From: Balanoglossus misakiensis
Taxonomy: Eukaryota; Animalia; Hemichordata
Assembly (NCBI GenBank): GCA_040954595.2
Contig: CM082587.2
Location: 9,057,403 to 9,121,402 of the forward strand
DNA: 64,000 nt
Direction: 5' to 3'
Shown here piece by piece: positions 13,758 through 26,100 of the stretch (its first letter is position 1; every line of letters starts with the position of its first letter). A program made the position numbers and the translations under genes. The notes under the pieces are model-generated. The model searched no databases. It was not told the origin of the DNA and was given only the letters and a program-made list of their open reading frames with translations.

Positions 13758-14040
13758 GCGGAGATGATGATGATGATATTGGTGATGATAAAAATAATAA
13801 TGATGATATAATTTTCTTAAAAAAATAAATCAGTAATAATAAAAATGATGATGATGACGGAGATGATGATAATGGTGATGATAAAAATTACATTAATGAT
13901 GATATAATATTCATAAAAAAATTTACAGCAGTAATAATATTGATGATGACAAAAATAATGGTAGTAGTGATGACTATATAATATTTATAACGAACATAGA
14001 AACAGTAATAATGATGAGATGATGATGATGATGATGAAAG
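13680..14040. repeat. (GAT)n microsatellite / low-complexity tract
   Basis: Pure GAT run at ~13726-13756, with degenerate GAT/AAT runs to ~14040. Confidence 0.85.
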
Positions 14041-17000
14041 GTATATTAATGTGATAGCATTACAATTAACATAATATGTAGAATAGATAGGTGATAACTA
14101 CTGTAATAATTTGTTGATAATTTGTAAATTTATTTTTGGTTCCCCATGGGACTGTAAATGATAGTAAGTACTGGTCCATGTTCTTTCATGGAAGTAGAGA
14201 TAGTTTTATTTTGGATAATGTAATGAGTTTATCAGATCCCAGAGTTTTACAATGGATAATGTGCATTAGCTAGATAACTTACCAACAGATGTAATGTTCT
14301 CCCTAGTCTATGATAATGAATTAATATTTACTATTTATTATTTTTTGCAGATGTTGGAGTATGTTAGAGGCCAAGTTGCAGTCCGCAACAGTCAGTTATA
14401 ATATTGTCTATTTACACAATTTTTCTCATTAGTTTCAGATTTCTCTGATGATATAGCCGCCAGCCCATGATGCAAAATATCCTCCACTCCAGATGCCAAA
14501 CTGGTAACCAGGTAACATGAATCCTGTGGTGCGAGTATGCAAATTACGTTTGTATGACCAGCCATTGAAGTACATTACTTCACAAAATCACAATGAAAAT
14601 CTGAATGTCACAAAAAGCCAAGAGTTATTCATACATTCATGCAGAACATCATTGCGTCTTGTATTCATAAAGACAGGATACCCTCTTTTTATTATATCTT
14701 TCCCTGCCATTTTGAGAACACAAAAATATTTACACAATTTGTTTTTGTTTTGGGCAGGTAACAGTTACTCTTTAATGATCAACATCTACCAACTTAGATC
14801 TGCGTGTGCACTGTAAGCCTTAGCAGCCTGATTCTATTCCAACTTCAATCATACAAGCATGATGAAATTTACACAGTTTTTCTAATTACTTTCAGACTTC
14901 TGTGATGCAAAATATCCTCCAGTCCAGACGCCAAACCGGTAATTAGGTAACATGATTCCTGTGGCGCGAGTATGCAAATTAAGTTTGTATGACCAGCCAT
15001 TGAAGAACATAACATTCAAAAACCACAATTAAAATCTGAATGTCACAAAAAGCCAAGAGTTATCCAAACATTCATGCAGAACATGATTGTGTATTGTATT
15101 CATGAAGACAGGATACTATCTTTTTTTTAAATAAATTTCCGTCATTTTGTGAACACAAAAATATTTAAGTCAATTTTGTTTTGTTTTGGGCAGATAACAG
15201 TTACTCTCTGATGATCAACATCTGCCAACTAAGATCTGCGTGTAAGCCTTAGCAGCCAAGCAGAGTTCAAAGGTAACATTTAACCTGCACACAGTATAAG
15301 CAGGATTTATGGTACAGTTATTCTGATATGACTTGGCCCCAAATTTCATTAAAAGCTTGGTAGATTGACAGTGTACTGTGACGTATGAGAATATTAATTT
15401 ATTATGCTTTATTGATCCAGTATGGCCAAGAGGCAGCCATCTTTTAAAACAAAACATTCTTTAACTGATTCTATTGCAACTTCATACAAGCAACATTTTT
15501 TACAAGATTGTTCCTTATTAGTTCCAGATTTCCATGATGCAAAATATCCTCCAGTCCAGATGCCAAACTGGTAACCAGGTAACATGATTCCTATGGTGCG
15601 AGTATGCATATTAAGTTTTGTATGACCAGCCATTGAAGAACATAACATTCATAAACCACAATAAATATCTGAAGGTCACAAAAAGCCAGTAGCTTTACAT
15701 ACATTTACGCATAACAATCTGGTGCCTTGTCTTGTGCATGAAGACAGGAGATCATCTGTCCATAGATATATTTTACTTTAATTTAGTTTGACACAAAAAT
15801 ATTTTCCACTTTTGCAGATAGCAGTTTCTCTCTAATGATCAACATCTGCCAACTTAGATCTGTATGGATGCCTTAAGTAGCCGTAAGCAGCAGTCAGAGG
15901 TAACATTTAAGCTGCAGACAGTATAAGCAGGGTGTTTGGTACAATTATTCTTATATGACACGACCCCAATTTCATTAAAACTTGATACAGAAAAACTATT
16001 GTGATGTATGTGAACTTTAATTCATTTTGCAGTTTGATCCAATATGGCTAAAAGGCAGCCATCTTTTTAAAACAACACATTTAAGCGCACAGCCATTAGT
16101 TGGAACTGCTTGAAGTGATTCTATTTCTACTTCATATGAGCATGATGTAATTTACACAATTTTTCTCATTAGTTTCAGATTTCTCTGATGCAATATAGCC
16201 TCCAGTCCAGACGCCAAACTGGTAACCAGGTAACATGATTCCTATGGTGTGAGTATGCAAATTAAGTTTGTTTAACCAGCCATTGACGAACGTTAACGTT
16301 ACATTCAAAAACCACAATGAAAATCTGAATGTCACAAAAAGCAAAGATTTGTCCATACATTCAATTACAACAATATCGCATCTTGTCTTGTTCATGAAGA
16401 CAGGAGATCATCTGTACGGTACACAGAAACTTTTTATTTTGTGGGCACAAAAATACTTTTAAAAATTTTTGATTTTTTGCAGATAACAGTTTCTCTCAGA
16501 TGATCATTATCTGCCAACTTAGATCTCTGCTGATGCCTTAAGCAGCCAAGCGGAGTTCAAGGTAACATTTTTAGCTGCAGAGAGTATTAAGCTGGGTGTA
16601 TGGTACAGTTATTCTGATAAGACTTGGCCCCAGTTTCATTAAAACTTGGTACATTGACAATGTACTGTGATGACAGATGTGAACATCAATTTATTTTCTA
16701 CAGTAGAATGTCGATTATCCAAACACCTAGGGGAACATGGTTTTTGTTCGGATCTGCAATCTTAGGGGGGCAGGGTCACATTCAGGTCATATCTCACATA
16801 TAACACGCATATGTACACAGTAGACAAGATACATTGTTTTCCTTTCTATTTTGTTTATTTCTAAGTAAATTTGAAACATTTTAAAAACTGTAAAAATTAA
16901 AGTTATGAGATAACTGACAACTGGAAGGACGGAACACTGAGCCTGCCCATTTACAGTTCAATATTTACACATCTAGTAGTACATTGAGAGATGTGACATG

Positions 17001-17097
17001 CACAGTCATGTTGATCAGTGTTGCAATAAAGTTCAACAAACAACAAAAACTTGACATTGTACAGTTCAAAGACTAATTTAAGTGTCGTGCTAAGTGC

Positions 17098-17640
17098 TTA
17101 CATCTTCTTGAAGAAAGTGGTGATAGTCTTCTGCTTGGTTGTCTCGTGACGCTTTTGGACGGCTGCCTGGTGCATTCTGCAGAGAAGTAAAAGTTGGGCG
17201 GAGGTCACTATGTGGCTGGGCTTCTTGAAGAAAGTGGTGATGGTCTTCTGCTTGGCTGTCTCGTGACGCTTTTGGACGGCTGCCTGGTGCATTCTGCAGA
17301 GAAGTAAAAGTTGGGCGGAGGTCACTATGTGGCTGGGCTTCTTGAAGAAAGTGGTGATGGTCTTCTGCTTGGCTGTCTCGTGACGCTTTTGGACGGCTGC
17401 CTGGTGCATTCTGCAGAGAAGTAAAAGTTGGGCGGAGGTCACTATGTGGCTGGGCTTCTTGAAGAAAGAGGTGATGGTCTTCTGCTTGGCTGTCTCGTGA
17501 CGCTTTTGGACGGCTGCCTGGTGCATTCTGCAGAGAAGTAAAAGTTGGGCGGAGGTCACTATGTGGCTGGGCTTCTTGAAGAAAGAGGTGATGGTCTTCT
17601 GCTTGGCGTTGAGGTCGAGCATGTGACGCTTGCGTTTCAT
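17098..17640 (-). CDS. Putative 180-aa transposase remnant ORF: basic N-terminus (MKRKRHMLDLNAK) fused to five PIP-box-like repeats (KQKTIT[S/T]FFKK)
   Basis: Open frame through about 4.2 copies of a 120-bp unit, ending KQKTITTFFKKM*. QxxIxxFF is the canonical PCNA-interacting motif. Expression is unknown. Confidence 0.45.
   Translation of the reverse strand: MKRKRHMLDLNAKQKTITSFFKKPSHIVTSAQLLLLCRMHQAAVQKRHETAKQKTITSFFKKPSHIVTSAQLLLLCRMHQAAVQKRHETAKQKTITTFFKKPSHIVTSAQLLLLCRMHQAAVQKRHETAKQKTITTFFKKPSHIVTSAQLLLLCRMHQAAVQKRHETTKQKTITTFFKKM
17103..17607. repeat. 120-bp minisatellite, ~4.2 near-identical copies
   Basis: CTTCTTGAAGAAAG(T/A)GGTGAT... recurs at 17104, 17221, 17338, 17455 and 17572-type spacing; the translated unit is 39-40 aa in two open frames. 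Confidence 0.9.
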
Positions 17641-19999
17641 TGATGATGTAGACGGTAATGGTGGAAGCAAAGCGATGTTGGTTCGATGTTACCAGATCAC
17701 TACTGGAATGATGAATATACAGTGACATTTCCCAAAACCCAAGGATTTATACACTTCTGGGTATCCAGTTAACACTTTCAAGTTTTGATGGAATGCCACA
17801 AAATGCCGCAAACGTTTAAAGAAGAAGCCGTTCGACCATCAATGGTAACCTTTTAGCAAGGCCGACATAACCTATGCGGCTGAATGAACCATGCCATTGT
17901 CGAGCTGTTTATTTTCACACCTCTCGCGATTGCATCCAAATGATTCATACTCGAGGATACAAAACAGTAACACTTTAAAAATTAAAACAAAAGGCAAATG
18001 GTGGTAAGGTTGTTTATTTAAGAGAAAAGTTCCGTACTATAATGCCATTCTTTGACAGTGATGGCCGCGACCATCCAACATTGATTAAGCACAATCTTCA
18101 CCTACATAACCAAACAATTCGGATAAACGACATTCTACTGTAGTTTGATCCAAGATGGCCAAAAGGCAGCCATCTTTTTAAAAGAAAACATTCAAGCGCA
18201 GAGCCATCAGTCAGACATGCTTCAACCAGTTCTATTCCAATTTCATACAAGCATGATCTGCTCTGATGTATGTTCATGTCACCTTTGACCCTGTATGATC
18301 CAATTTGGGGATCCAACCATGTGGCCACTGTTCTGATTTTTCATGTCTGGAGCCATTACTCAGACTCAGCCTGTTACAATGTCATTCAATAAAACAATAA
18401 AATAAGTAAGGTACTTAGGTGTATATGGAGAGCTAAAGAGGAGCAACTCGCAGAAGCCATCAATTCCTTCATTGGGGTGGAGCTGACTGGAGCACATTTT
18501 TGTTTCTGTGTGAATGTTAAATACCTCGTAGCTGCTATGATAAATCAATACAAGGTGAGTGTAATGTCCTCTTTGTGTTTATAGGGAAGAAGAGGAAACT
18601 GAATTCAAAAGCCTGTGCATCGGATGCAGAGAAATTGCCTCGGACAAGATGACTTTCTCTTCACTGACTTAAACCAACTTTGTTTGATTTCATCGTCATT
18701 TCAAGAACAGAACTCCCCCAATGGGTTGCAATTGAACATTTATCAATCTTTACCTCAGTTCCAAATGTTTGTATTTTTGTCATAGAGAGAGAGAAGGGGG
18801 GGGGGGGGCATGTTAACACTAAATTTCAATGTGTACCTTTCAGTATGCCAACACTAGAGTTTGCCATTGAAATGGAATATTTTCAAATTAAGCTCATCCT
18901 ATTTGTTTATTACAGTCCTAAATTATCACTATGATTTACTGAGCTTAACCTGAAGGTTGTTGTGTCCTATAGGCACAATAAGCATTGCACGCGTAACAAG
19001 CACTGTGTAAAGTAACACTAATACTAATTACTAACATGGGATACAACAGCCTTCAGGTGTTTACCATTCAACCTTAGTGTGCTCAATTGCACCCACAATT
19101 ATAGACAAAGTAAAGTTTACATACCCTTAATGGTAAACAAGGAATTACAGCATTATTTCTGTATTGGAACAAAACTGGTGTGAAACAGTTATGTTTTGAA
19201 AGCAAACATGACAATGAACACTAAACCACCATTGAATATTTTTCGACCTGCTCTCTCTCTCTATAAACTTGAATTTTCATTGTACTGATAGGCATGATTT
19301 ACTAGTTTGTACATTTTGAAAGTATGATTTGGTAATGTAGAGGATATAGGTTTAATGGCTATGTTTGTGATTAATAGAAAAGTATGAATATGATGTGTAA
19401 ATTTGAGGCTATAGAGAATAGTCGGGGGACGCTGGGTTTCAATCTGTCAGTGTGTCATGTTGATTTCTATAGCTATATCATATGATACAAAGTTAGCTTT
19501 TTTGTAGTCAAATTTTGTGTCAATTTTCATGTGACCTTTGACCTACTTTTTTAATAACCTGGTTATATGCAAATATCGCTTATATTAGCTGTTCGAAAAC
19601 TACCAGAGTTCTGATTTTTGTGCACTTGCCTATCATTGCTGCCAGGATCTACCCCAAATATTTTGGTAAATTTGGCAATGACCTTTGACCTACTCTAGAC
19701 GCATCATTTTTCTGCATATCTAATTCCAGGCTAGCCTATAGGGCTGGAAGTTTTGTTTTTGATGCACATGGACGTGGACCATTGTAGGGTCAAAATTCTT
19801 TGCCAAAATTTTGGGTGACCTCATATGACCTTTGACCTACTTTCCCTTATCTCTGCATCTAGCCTTGGCATTTGGAGGAATGGAACACCTGATTAAGTCG
19901 TACACTTTCCCTCATTAATTATGTGCATATCTAATTCAAGGAGACACAATAGAGTTAGCAGTTTGGTTTTTGTTGGACATGCACCAGACTGAGGCATTG

Positions 20000-20092
20000 G
20001 CCATCCATCCATTCATCCAACTGTTCATTCATTCATTCATTCATTCATTCATGCATTCATTCATCCATTCATTCAATCATTCATCCATTCAT
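20000..20092. repeat. (CATT/CCAT)n microsatellite
   Basis: ATTCATTCATTC... tract immediately before the 82-bp array. Confidence 0.85.
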
Positions 20093-20161
20093 TTCTCCTT
20101 TATTTATTCATGTGTGGGTGTATGTATGCATGAACCCATATATGCATGTAACCCATATATG

Positions 20162-23100
20162 TGGTAACCTGTTGGAGCTGGTTCACCATCCTTGCTGGAC
20201 AAGCCCAATAGTCCCTGGTTCATTGCGTGTCTGGGGTTGTATTTGGTTACCTGTTGGAGCTGGTTCACCATCCTTGCTGGACAAGCCCAATAGTCCCTGG
20301 TTCATTGCGTGTCTGGGGTTGTATTTGGTTACCTGTTGGAGCTGGTTCACCATCCTTGCTGGACTAGCCCAATAGTCCCTGGTTCTTTGCGTGTCTGGGG
20401 TTGTATTTGGTTACCTGTTGGAGCTGGTTCACCATCCTTGCTGGACAAGCCCACTAGTCCCTGGTTCTTTGCGTGTCTGGGGTTGTATTTGGTTACCTGT
20501 TGGAGCTGGTTCACCATCCTTGCTGGACAAGCCCAATAGTCCCTGGTTCATTGCGTGTCTGGGGTTGTATTTGGTTACCTGTTGGAGCTGGTTCACCATC
20601 CTTGCTGGACTAGCCCAATAGTCCCTGGTTCTTTGCGTGTCTGGGGTTGTATTTGGTTACCTGTTGGAGCTGGTTCACCATCCTTGCTGGACTAGCCCAA
20701 TAGTCCCTGGTTCTTTGCGTGTCTGGGGTTGTATTTGGTTACCTGTTGGAGCTGGTTCACCATCCTTGCTGGACTAGCCCAATAGTCCCTGGTTCTTTGC
20801 GTGTCTGGGGTTGTATTTGGTTACCTGTTGGAGCTGGTTCACCATCCTTGCTGGACTAGCCCAATAGTCCCTGGTTCTTTGCGTGTCTGGGGTTGTATTT
20901 GGTTACCTGTTAGAGCTGGTTCACCATCCTTGCTGGACTAGCCCAATAGTCCCTGGTTCTTTGCGTGTCTGGGGTTGTATTTGGTTACCTGTTGGAGCTG
21001 GTTCACCATCCTTGCTGGACAAGCCCACTAGCCCCTGGTTCTTTGCGTGTCTGGGGTTGTATTTGGTTACCTGTTAGAGCTGGTTCACCATCCTTGCTGG
21101 ACTAGCCCAATAGTCCCTGGTTCTTTGCGTGTCTGGGGTTGTATTTGGTTACCTGTTGGAGCTGGTTCACCATCCTTGCTGGACTAGCCCAATAGTCCCT
21201 GGTTCTTTGCGTGTCTGGGGTTGTATTTGGTTACCTGTTAGAGCTGGTTCACCATCCTTGCTGGACTAGCCCAATAGTCCCTGGTTCTTTGCGTGTCTGG
21301 GGTTGTATTTGGTTACCTGTTGGAGCTGGTTCACCATCCTTGCTGGACTAGCCCAATAGTCCCTGGTTCTTTGCGTGTCTGGGGTTGTATTTGGTTACCT
21401 GTTAGAGCTGGTTCACCATCCTTGCTGGACTAGCCCAATAGTCCCTGGTTCTTTGCGTGTCTGGGGTTGTATTTGGTTACCTGTTGGAGCTGGTTCACCA
21501 TCCTTGCTGGACTAGCCCAATAGTCCCTGGTTCTTTGCGTGTCTGGGGTTGTATTTGGTTACCTGTTGGAGCTGGTTCACCATCCTTGCTGGACTAGCCC
21601 AATAGTCCCTGGTTCTTTGCGTGTCTGGGGTTGTATTTGGTTACCTGTTGGAGCTGGTTCACCATCCTTGCTGGACTAGCCCAATAGTCCCTGGTTCTTT
21701 GCGTGTCTGGGGTTGTATTTGGTTACCTGTTAGAGCTGGTTCACCATCCTTGCTGGACTAGCCCAATAGTCCCTGGTTCTTTGCGTGTCTGGGGTTGTAT
21801 TTGGTTACCTGTTGGAGCTGGTTCACCATCCTTGCTAGACTAGCCCAATAGTCCCTGGTTCTTTGCGTGTCTGGGGTTGTATTTGGTTACCTGTTGGAGC
21901 TGGTTCACCATCCTTGCTGGACAAGCCCAATAGTCCCTGGTTCTTTGCGTGTCTGGGGTTGTATTTGGTTACCTGTTGGAGCTGGTTCACCATCCTTGCT
22001 GGACTAGCCCAATAGTCCCTGGTTCTTTGCGTGTCTGGGGTTGTATTTGGTTACCTGTTGGAGCTGGTTCACCATCCTTGCTGGACTAGCCCAATAGTCC
22101 CTGGTTCTTTGCGTGTCTGGGGTTGTATTTGGTTACCTGTTGGAGCTGGTTCACCATCCTTGCTGGACAAGCCCAATAGTCCCTGGTTCATTGCGTGTCT
22201 GGGGTTGTATTTGGTTACCTGTTGGAGCTGGTTCACCATCCTTGCTGGACAAGCCCACTAGTCCCTGGTTCTTTGCGTGTCTGGGGTTGTATTTGGTTAC
22301 CTGTTGGAGCTGGTTCACCATCCTTGCTGGACTAGCCCAATAGTCCCTGGTTCTTTGCGTGTCTGGGGTTGTATTTGGTTACCTGTTGGAGCTGGTTCAC
22401 CATCCTTGCTGGACTAGCCCAATAGTCCCTGGTTCTTTGCGTGTCTGGGGTTGTATTTGGTTACCTGTTGGAGCTGGTTCACCATCCTTGCTGGACTAGC
22501 CCAATAGTCCCTGGTTCTTTGCGTGTCTGGGGTTGTATTTGGTTACCTGTTGGAGCTGGTTCACCATCCTTGCTGGACTAGCCCAATAGTCCCTGGTTCT
22601 TTGCGTGTCTGGGGTTGTATTTGGTTACCTGTTGGAGCTGGTTCACCATCCTTGCTGGACAAGCCCACTAGTCCCTGGTTCTTTGCGTGTCTGGGGTTGT
22701 ATTTGGTTACCTGTTGGAGCTGGTTCACCATCCTTGCTGGACTAGCCCAATAGTCCCTGGTTCTTTGCGTGTCTGGGGTTGTATTTGGTTTCCTGTTGGA
22801 GCTGGTTCACCATCCTTGCTGGACAAGCCCACTAGTCCCTGGTTCTTTGCGTGTCTGGGGTTGTATTTGGTTACCTGTTGGAGCTGGTTCACCATCCTTG
22901 CTGGACTAGCCCAATAGTCCCTGGTTCTTTGCGTGTCTGGGGTTGTATTTGGTTTCCTGTTGGAGCTGGTTCACCATCCTTGCTGGACAAGCCCACTAGC
23001 CCCTGGTTCTTTGCGTGTCTGGGGTTGTATTTGGTTACCTGTTGGAGCTGGTTCACCATCCTTGCTGGACTAGCCCACTAGTCCCTGGTTCTTTGCGTGT

Positions 23101-26100
23101 CTGGGGTTGTATTTGGTTACCTGTTGGAGCTGGTTCACCATCCTTGCTGGACAAGCCCACTAGCCCCTGGTTCTTTGCGTGTCTGGGGTTGTATTTGGTT
23201 ACCTGTTGGAGCTGGTTCACCATCCTTGCTGGACTAGCCCAATAGTCCCTGGTTCTTTGCGTGTCTGGGGTTGTATTTGGTTACCTGTTGGAGCTGGTTC
23301 ACCATCCTTGCTGGACAAGCCCAATAGTCCCTGGTTCATTGCGTGTCTGGGGTTGTATTTGGTTACCTGTTGGAGCTGGTTCACCATCCTTGCTGGACAA
23401 GCCCACTAGTCCCTGGTTCTTTGCGTGTCTGGGGTTGTATTTGGTTACCTGTTGGAGCTGGTTCACCATCCTTGCTGGACTAGCCCAATAGTCCCTGGTT
23501 CTTTGCGTGTCTGGGGTTGTATTTGGTTACCTGTTGGAGCTGGTTCACCATCCTTGCTGGACAAGCCCACTAGCCCCTGGTTCTTTGCGTGTCTGGGGTT
23601 GTATTTGGTTACCTGTTGGAGCTGGTTCACCATCCTTGCTGGACAAGCCCACTAGTCCCTGGTTCTTTGCGTGTCTGGGGTTGTATTTGGTAACCTGTTG
23701 GAGCTGGTTCACCATCCTTGCTGGACTAGCCCAATAGTCCCTGGTTCTTTGCGTGTCTGGGGTTGTATTTGGTTACCTGTTGGAGCTGGTTCACCATCCT
23801 TGCTGGACAAGCCCACTAGCCCCTGGTTCTTTGCGTGTCTGGGGTTGTATTTGGTTACCTGTTGGAGCTGGTTCACCATCCTTGCTGGACTAGCCCACTA
23901 GTCCCTGGTTCTTTGCGTGTCTGGGGTTGTATTTGGTTACCTGTTGGAGCTGGTTCACCATCCTTGCTGGACAAGCCCACTAGCCCCTGGTTCTTTGCGT
24001 GTCTGGGGTTGTATTTGGTTACCTGTTGGAGCTGGTTCACCATCCTTGCTGGACTAGCCCAATAGTCCCTGGTTCTTTGCGTGTCTGGGGTTGTATTTGG
24101 TTACCTGTTGGAGCTGGTTCACCATCCTTGCTGGACAAGCCCAATAGTCCCTGGTTCATTGCGTGTCTGGGGTTGTATTTGGTTACCTGTTGGAGCTGGT
24201 TCACCATCCTTGCTGGACAAGCCCACTAGTCCCTGGTTCTTTGCGTGTCTGGGGTTGTATTTGGTTACCTGTTGGAGCTGGTTCACCATCCTTGCTGGAC
24301 AAGCCCAATAGTCCCTGGTTCATTGCGTGTCTGGGGTTGTATTTGGTTACCTGTTGGAGCTGGTTCACCATCCTTGCTGGACAAGCCCAATAGTCCCTGG
24401 TTCTTTGCGTGTCTGGGGTTGTATTTGGTTACCTGTTGGAGCTGGTTCACCATCCTTGCTGGACAAGCCCAATAGTCCCTGGTTCATTGCGTGTCTGGGG
24501 TTGTATTTGGTTACCTGTTGGAGCTGGTTCACCATCCTTGCTGGACTAGCCCAATAGTCCCTGGTTCTTTGCGTGTCTGGGGTTGTATTTGGTTACCTGT
24601 TGGAGCTGGTTCACCATCCTTGCTGGACAAGCCCACTAGTCCCTGGCTCTTTGCGTGTCTGGGGTTGTATTTGGTTTCCTGTTGGAGCTGGTTCACCATC
24701 CTTGCTGGACAAGCCCAATAGTCCCTGGTTCTTTGCGTGTCTGGGGTTGTATTTGGTTACCTGTTGGAGCTGGTTCACCATCCTTGCTGGACAAGCCCAC
24801 TAGTCCCTGGTTCATTGCGTGTCTGGGGTTGTATTTGGTTACCTGTTGGAGCTGGTTCACCATCCTTGCTGGACAAGCCCACTAGTCCCTGGTTCTTTGC
24901 GTGTCTGGGGTTGTATTTGGTTACCTGTTGGAGCTGGTTCACCATCCTTGCTGGACAAGCCCAATAGTCCCTGGTTCATTGCGTGTCTGGGGTTGTATTT
25001 GGTTACCTGTTGGAGCTGGTTCACCATCCTTGCTGGACAAGCCCAATAGTCCCTGGTTCTTTGCGTGTCTGGGGTTGTATTTGGTTACCTGTTGGAGCTG
25101 GTTCACCATCCTTGCTGGACAAGCCCAATAGTCCCTGGTTCATTGCGTGTCTGGGGTTGTATTTGGTTACCTGTTGGAGCTGGTTCACCATCCTTGCTGG
25201 ACTAGCCCAATAGTCCCTGGTTCTTTGCGTGTCTGGGGTTGTATTTGGTTACCTGTTGGAGCTGGTTCACCATCCTTGCTGGACAAGCCCACTAGTCCCT
25301 GGCTCTTTGCGTGTCTGGGGTTGTATTTTGTTACCTGTTGGAGCTGGTTCACCATCCTTGCTGGACAAGCCCACTAGTCCCGGGTTCTTTGCGTGTCTGG
25401 GGTTGTATTTGGTTACCTGTTGGAGCTGGTTCACCATCCTTGCTGGACAAGCCCACTAGTCCCTGGTTCTTTGCGTGTCTGGGGTTGTATTTGGTTTCCT
25501 GTTGGAGCTGGTTCACCATCCTTGCTGGACAAGCCCACTAGTCCCTGGTTCTTTGCGTGTCTGGGGTTGTATTTTGTTACCTGTTGGAGCTGGTTCACCA
25601 TCCTTGCTGGACAAGCCCAATAGTCCCTGGTTCTTTGCGTGTCTGGGGTTGTATTTGGTTACCTGTTGGAGCTGGTTCACCATCCTTGCTGGACAAGCCC
25701 AATAGTCCCTGGTTCTTTGCGTGTCTGGGGTTGTATTTGGTTTCCTGTTGGAGCTGGTTCACCATCCTTGCTGGACAAGCCCAATAGTCCCTGGTTCTTT
25801 GCGTGTCTGGGGTTGTATTTGGTTACCTGTTGGAGCTGGTTCACCATCCTTGCTGGACAAGCCCACTAGTCCCTGGTTCTTTGCGTGTCTGGGGTTGTAT
25901 TTGGTTACCTGTTGGAGCTGGTTCACCATCCTTGCTCGACAAGCCCACTAGTCCCTGGTTCTTTGCGTGTCTGGGGTTGTATTTGGTTTCCTGTTGGAGC
26001 TGGTTCACCATCCTTGCTGGACAAGCCCACTAGTCCCTGGTTCTTTGCGTGTCTGGGGTTGTATTTGGTTTCCTGTTGGAGCTGGTTCACCATCCTTGCT

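Larger units (their letters stand above)
16701..18140 (-). mobile_element. Tigger/pogo-family (Tc1/mariner superfamily) internally deleted DNA transposon
   Basis: TA TSD (16699-16700, 18141-18142). 23-bp TIRs CAGTAGAATGTCGATTATCCAAA / CAGTAGAATGTCGTTTATCCGAA (reverse complement). The host repeat rejoins across the insertion, and the internal ORF has Tigger-like N- and C-termini. Confidence 0.85.
14410..18256. repeat. Diverged tandem repeat, ~4 copies of a ~430-650 bp unit, last copy split by a Tigger-like element
   Basis: The anchor CCTCCA(C/G)TCCAGA(T/C)GCCAAAC..GTAA..AGGTAACATGA recurs at ~14480, 14915, 15547 and 16199. The unit continues (GTTTGATCCAA.ATGGC.AAAAGGCAGCCATC) directly after 18142. 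Confidence 0.8.

Noticed and set aside
13628-13828. Signal-peptide-plus-poly-Asp ORF (acidic biomineralisation-like)
   Set aside because: Explained by the GAT microsatellite and GT-rich low complexity. It is short, with no independent support.
17090-17728. Alternative 212-aa frame (QAEDHHLFLQEAQPHS...) over the minisatellite
   Set aside because: No recognisable motif. The overlapping frame carries the Tigger-like N-terminus and PIP boxes, so this frame is probably incidentally open.
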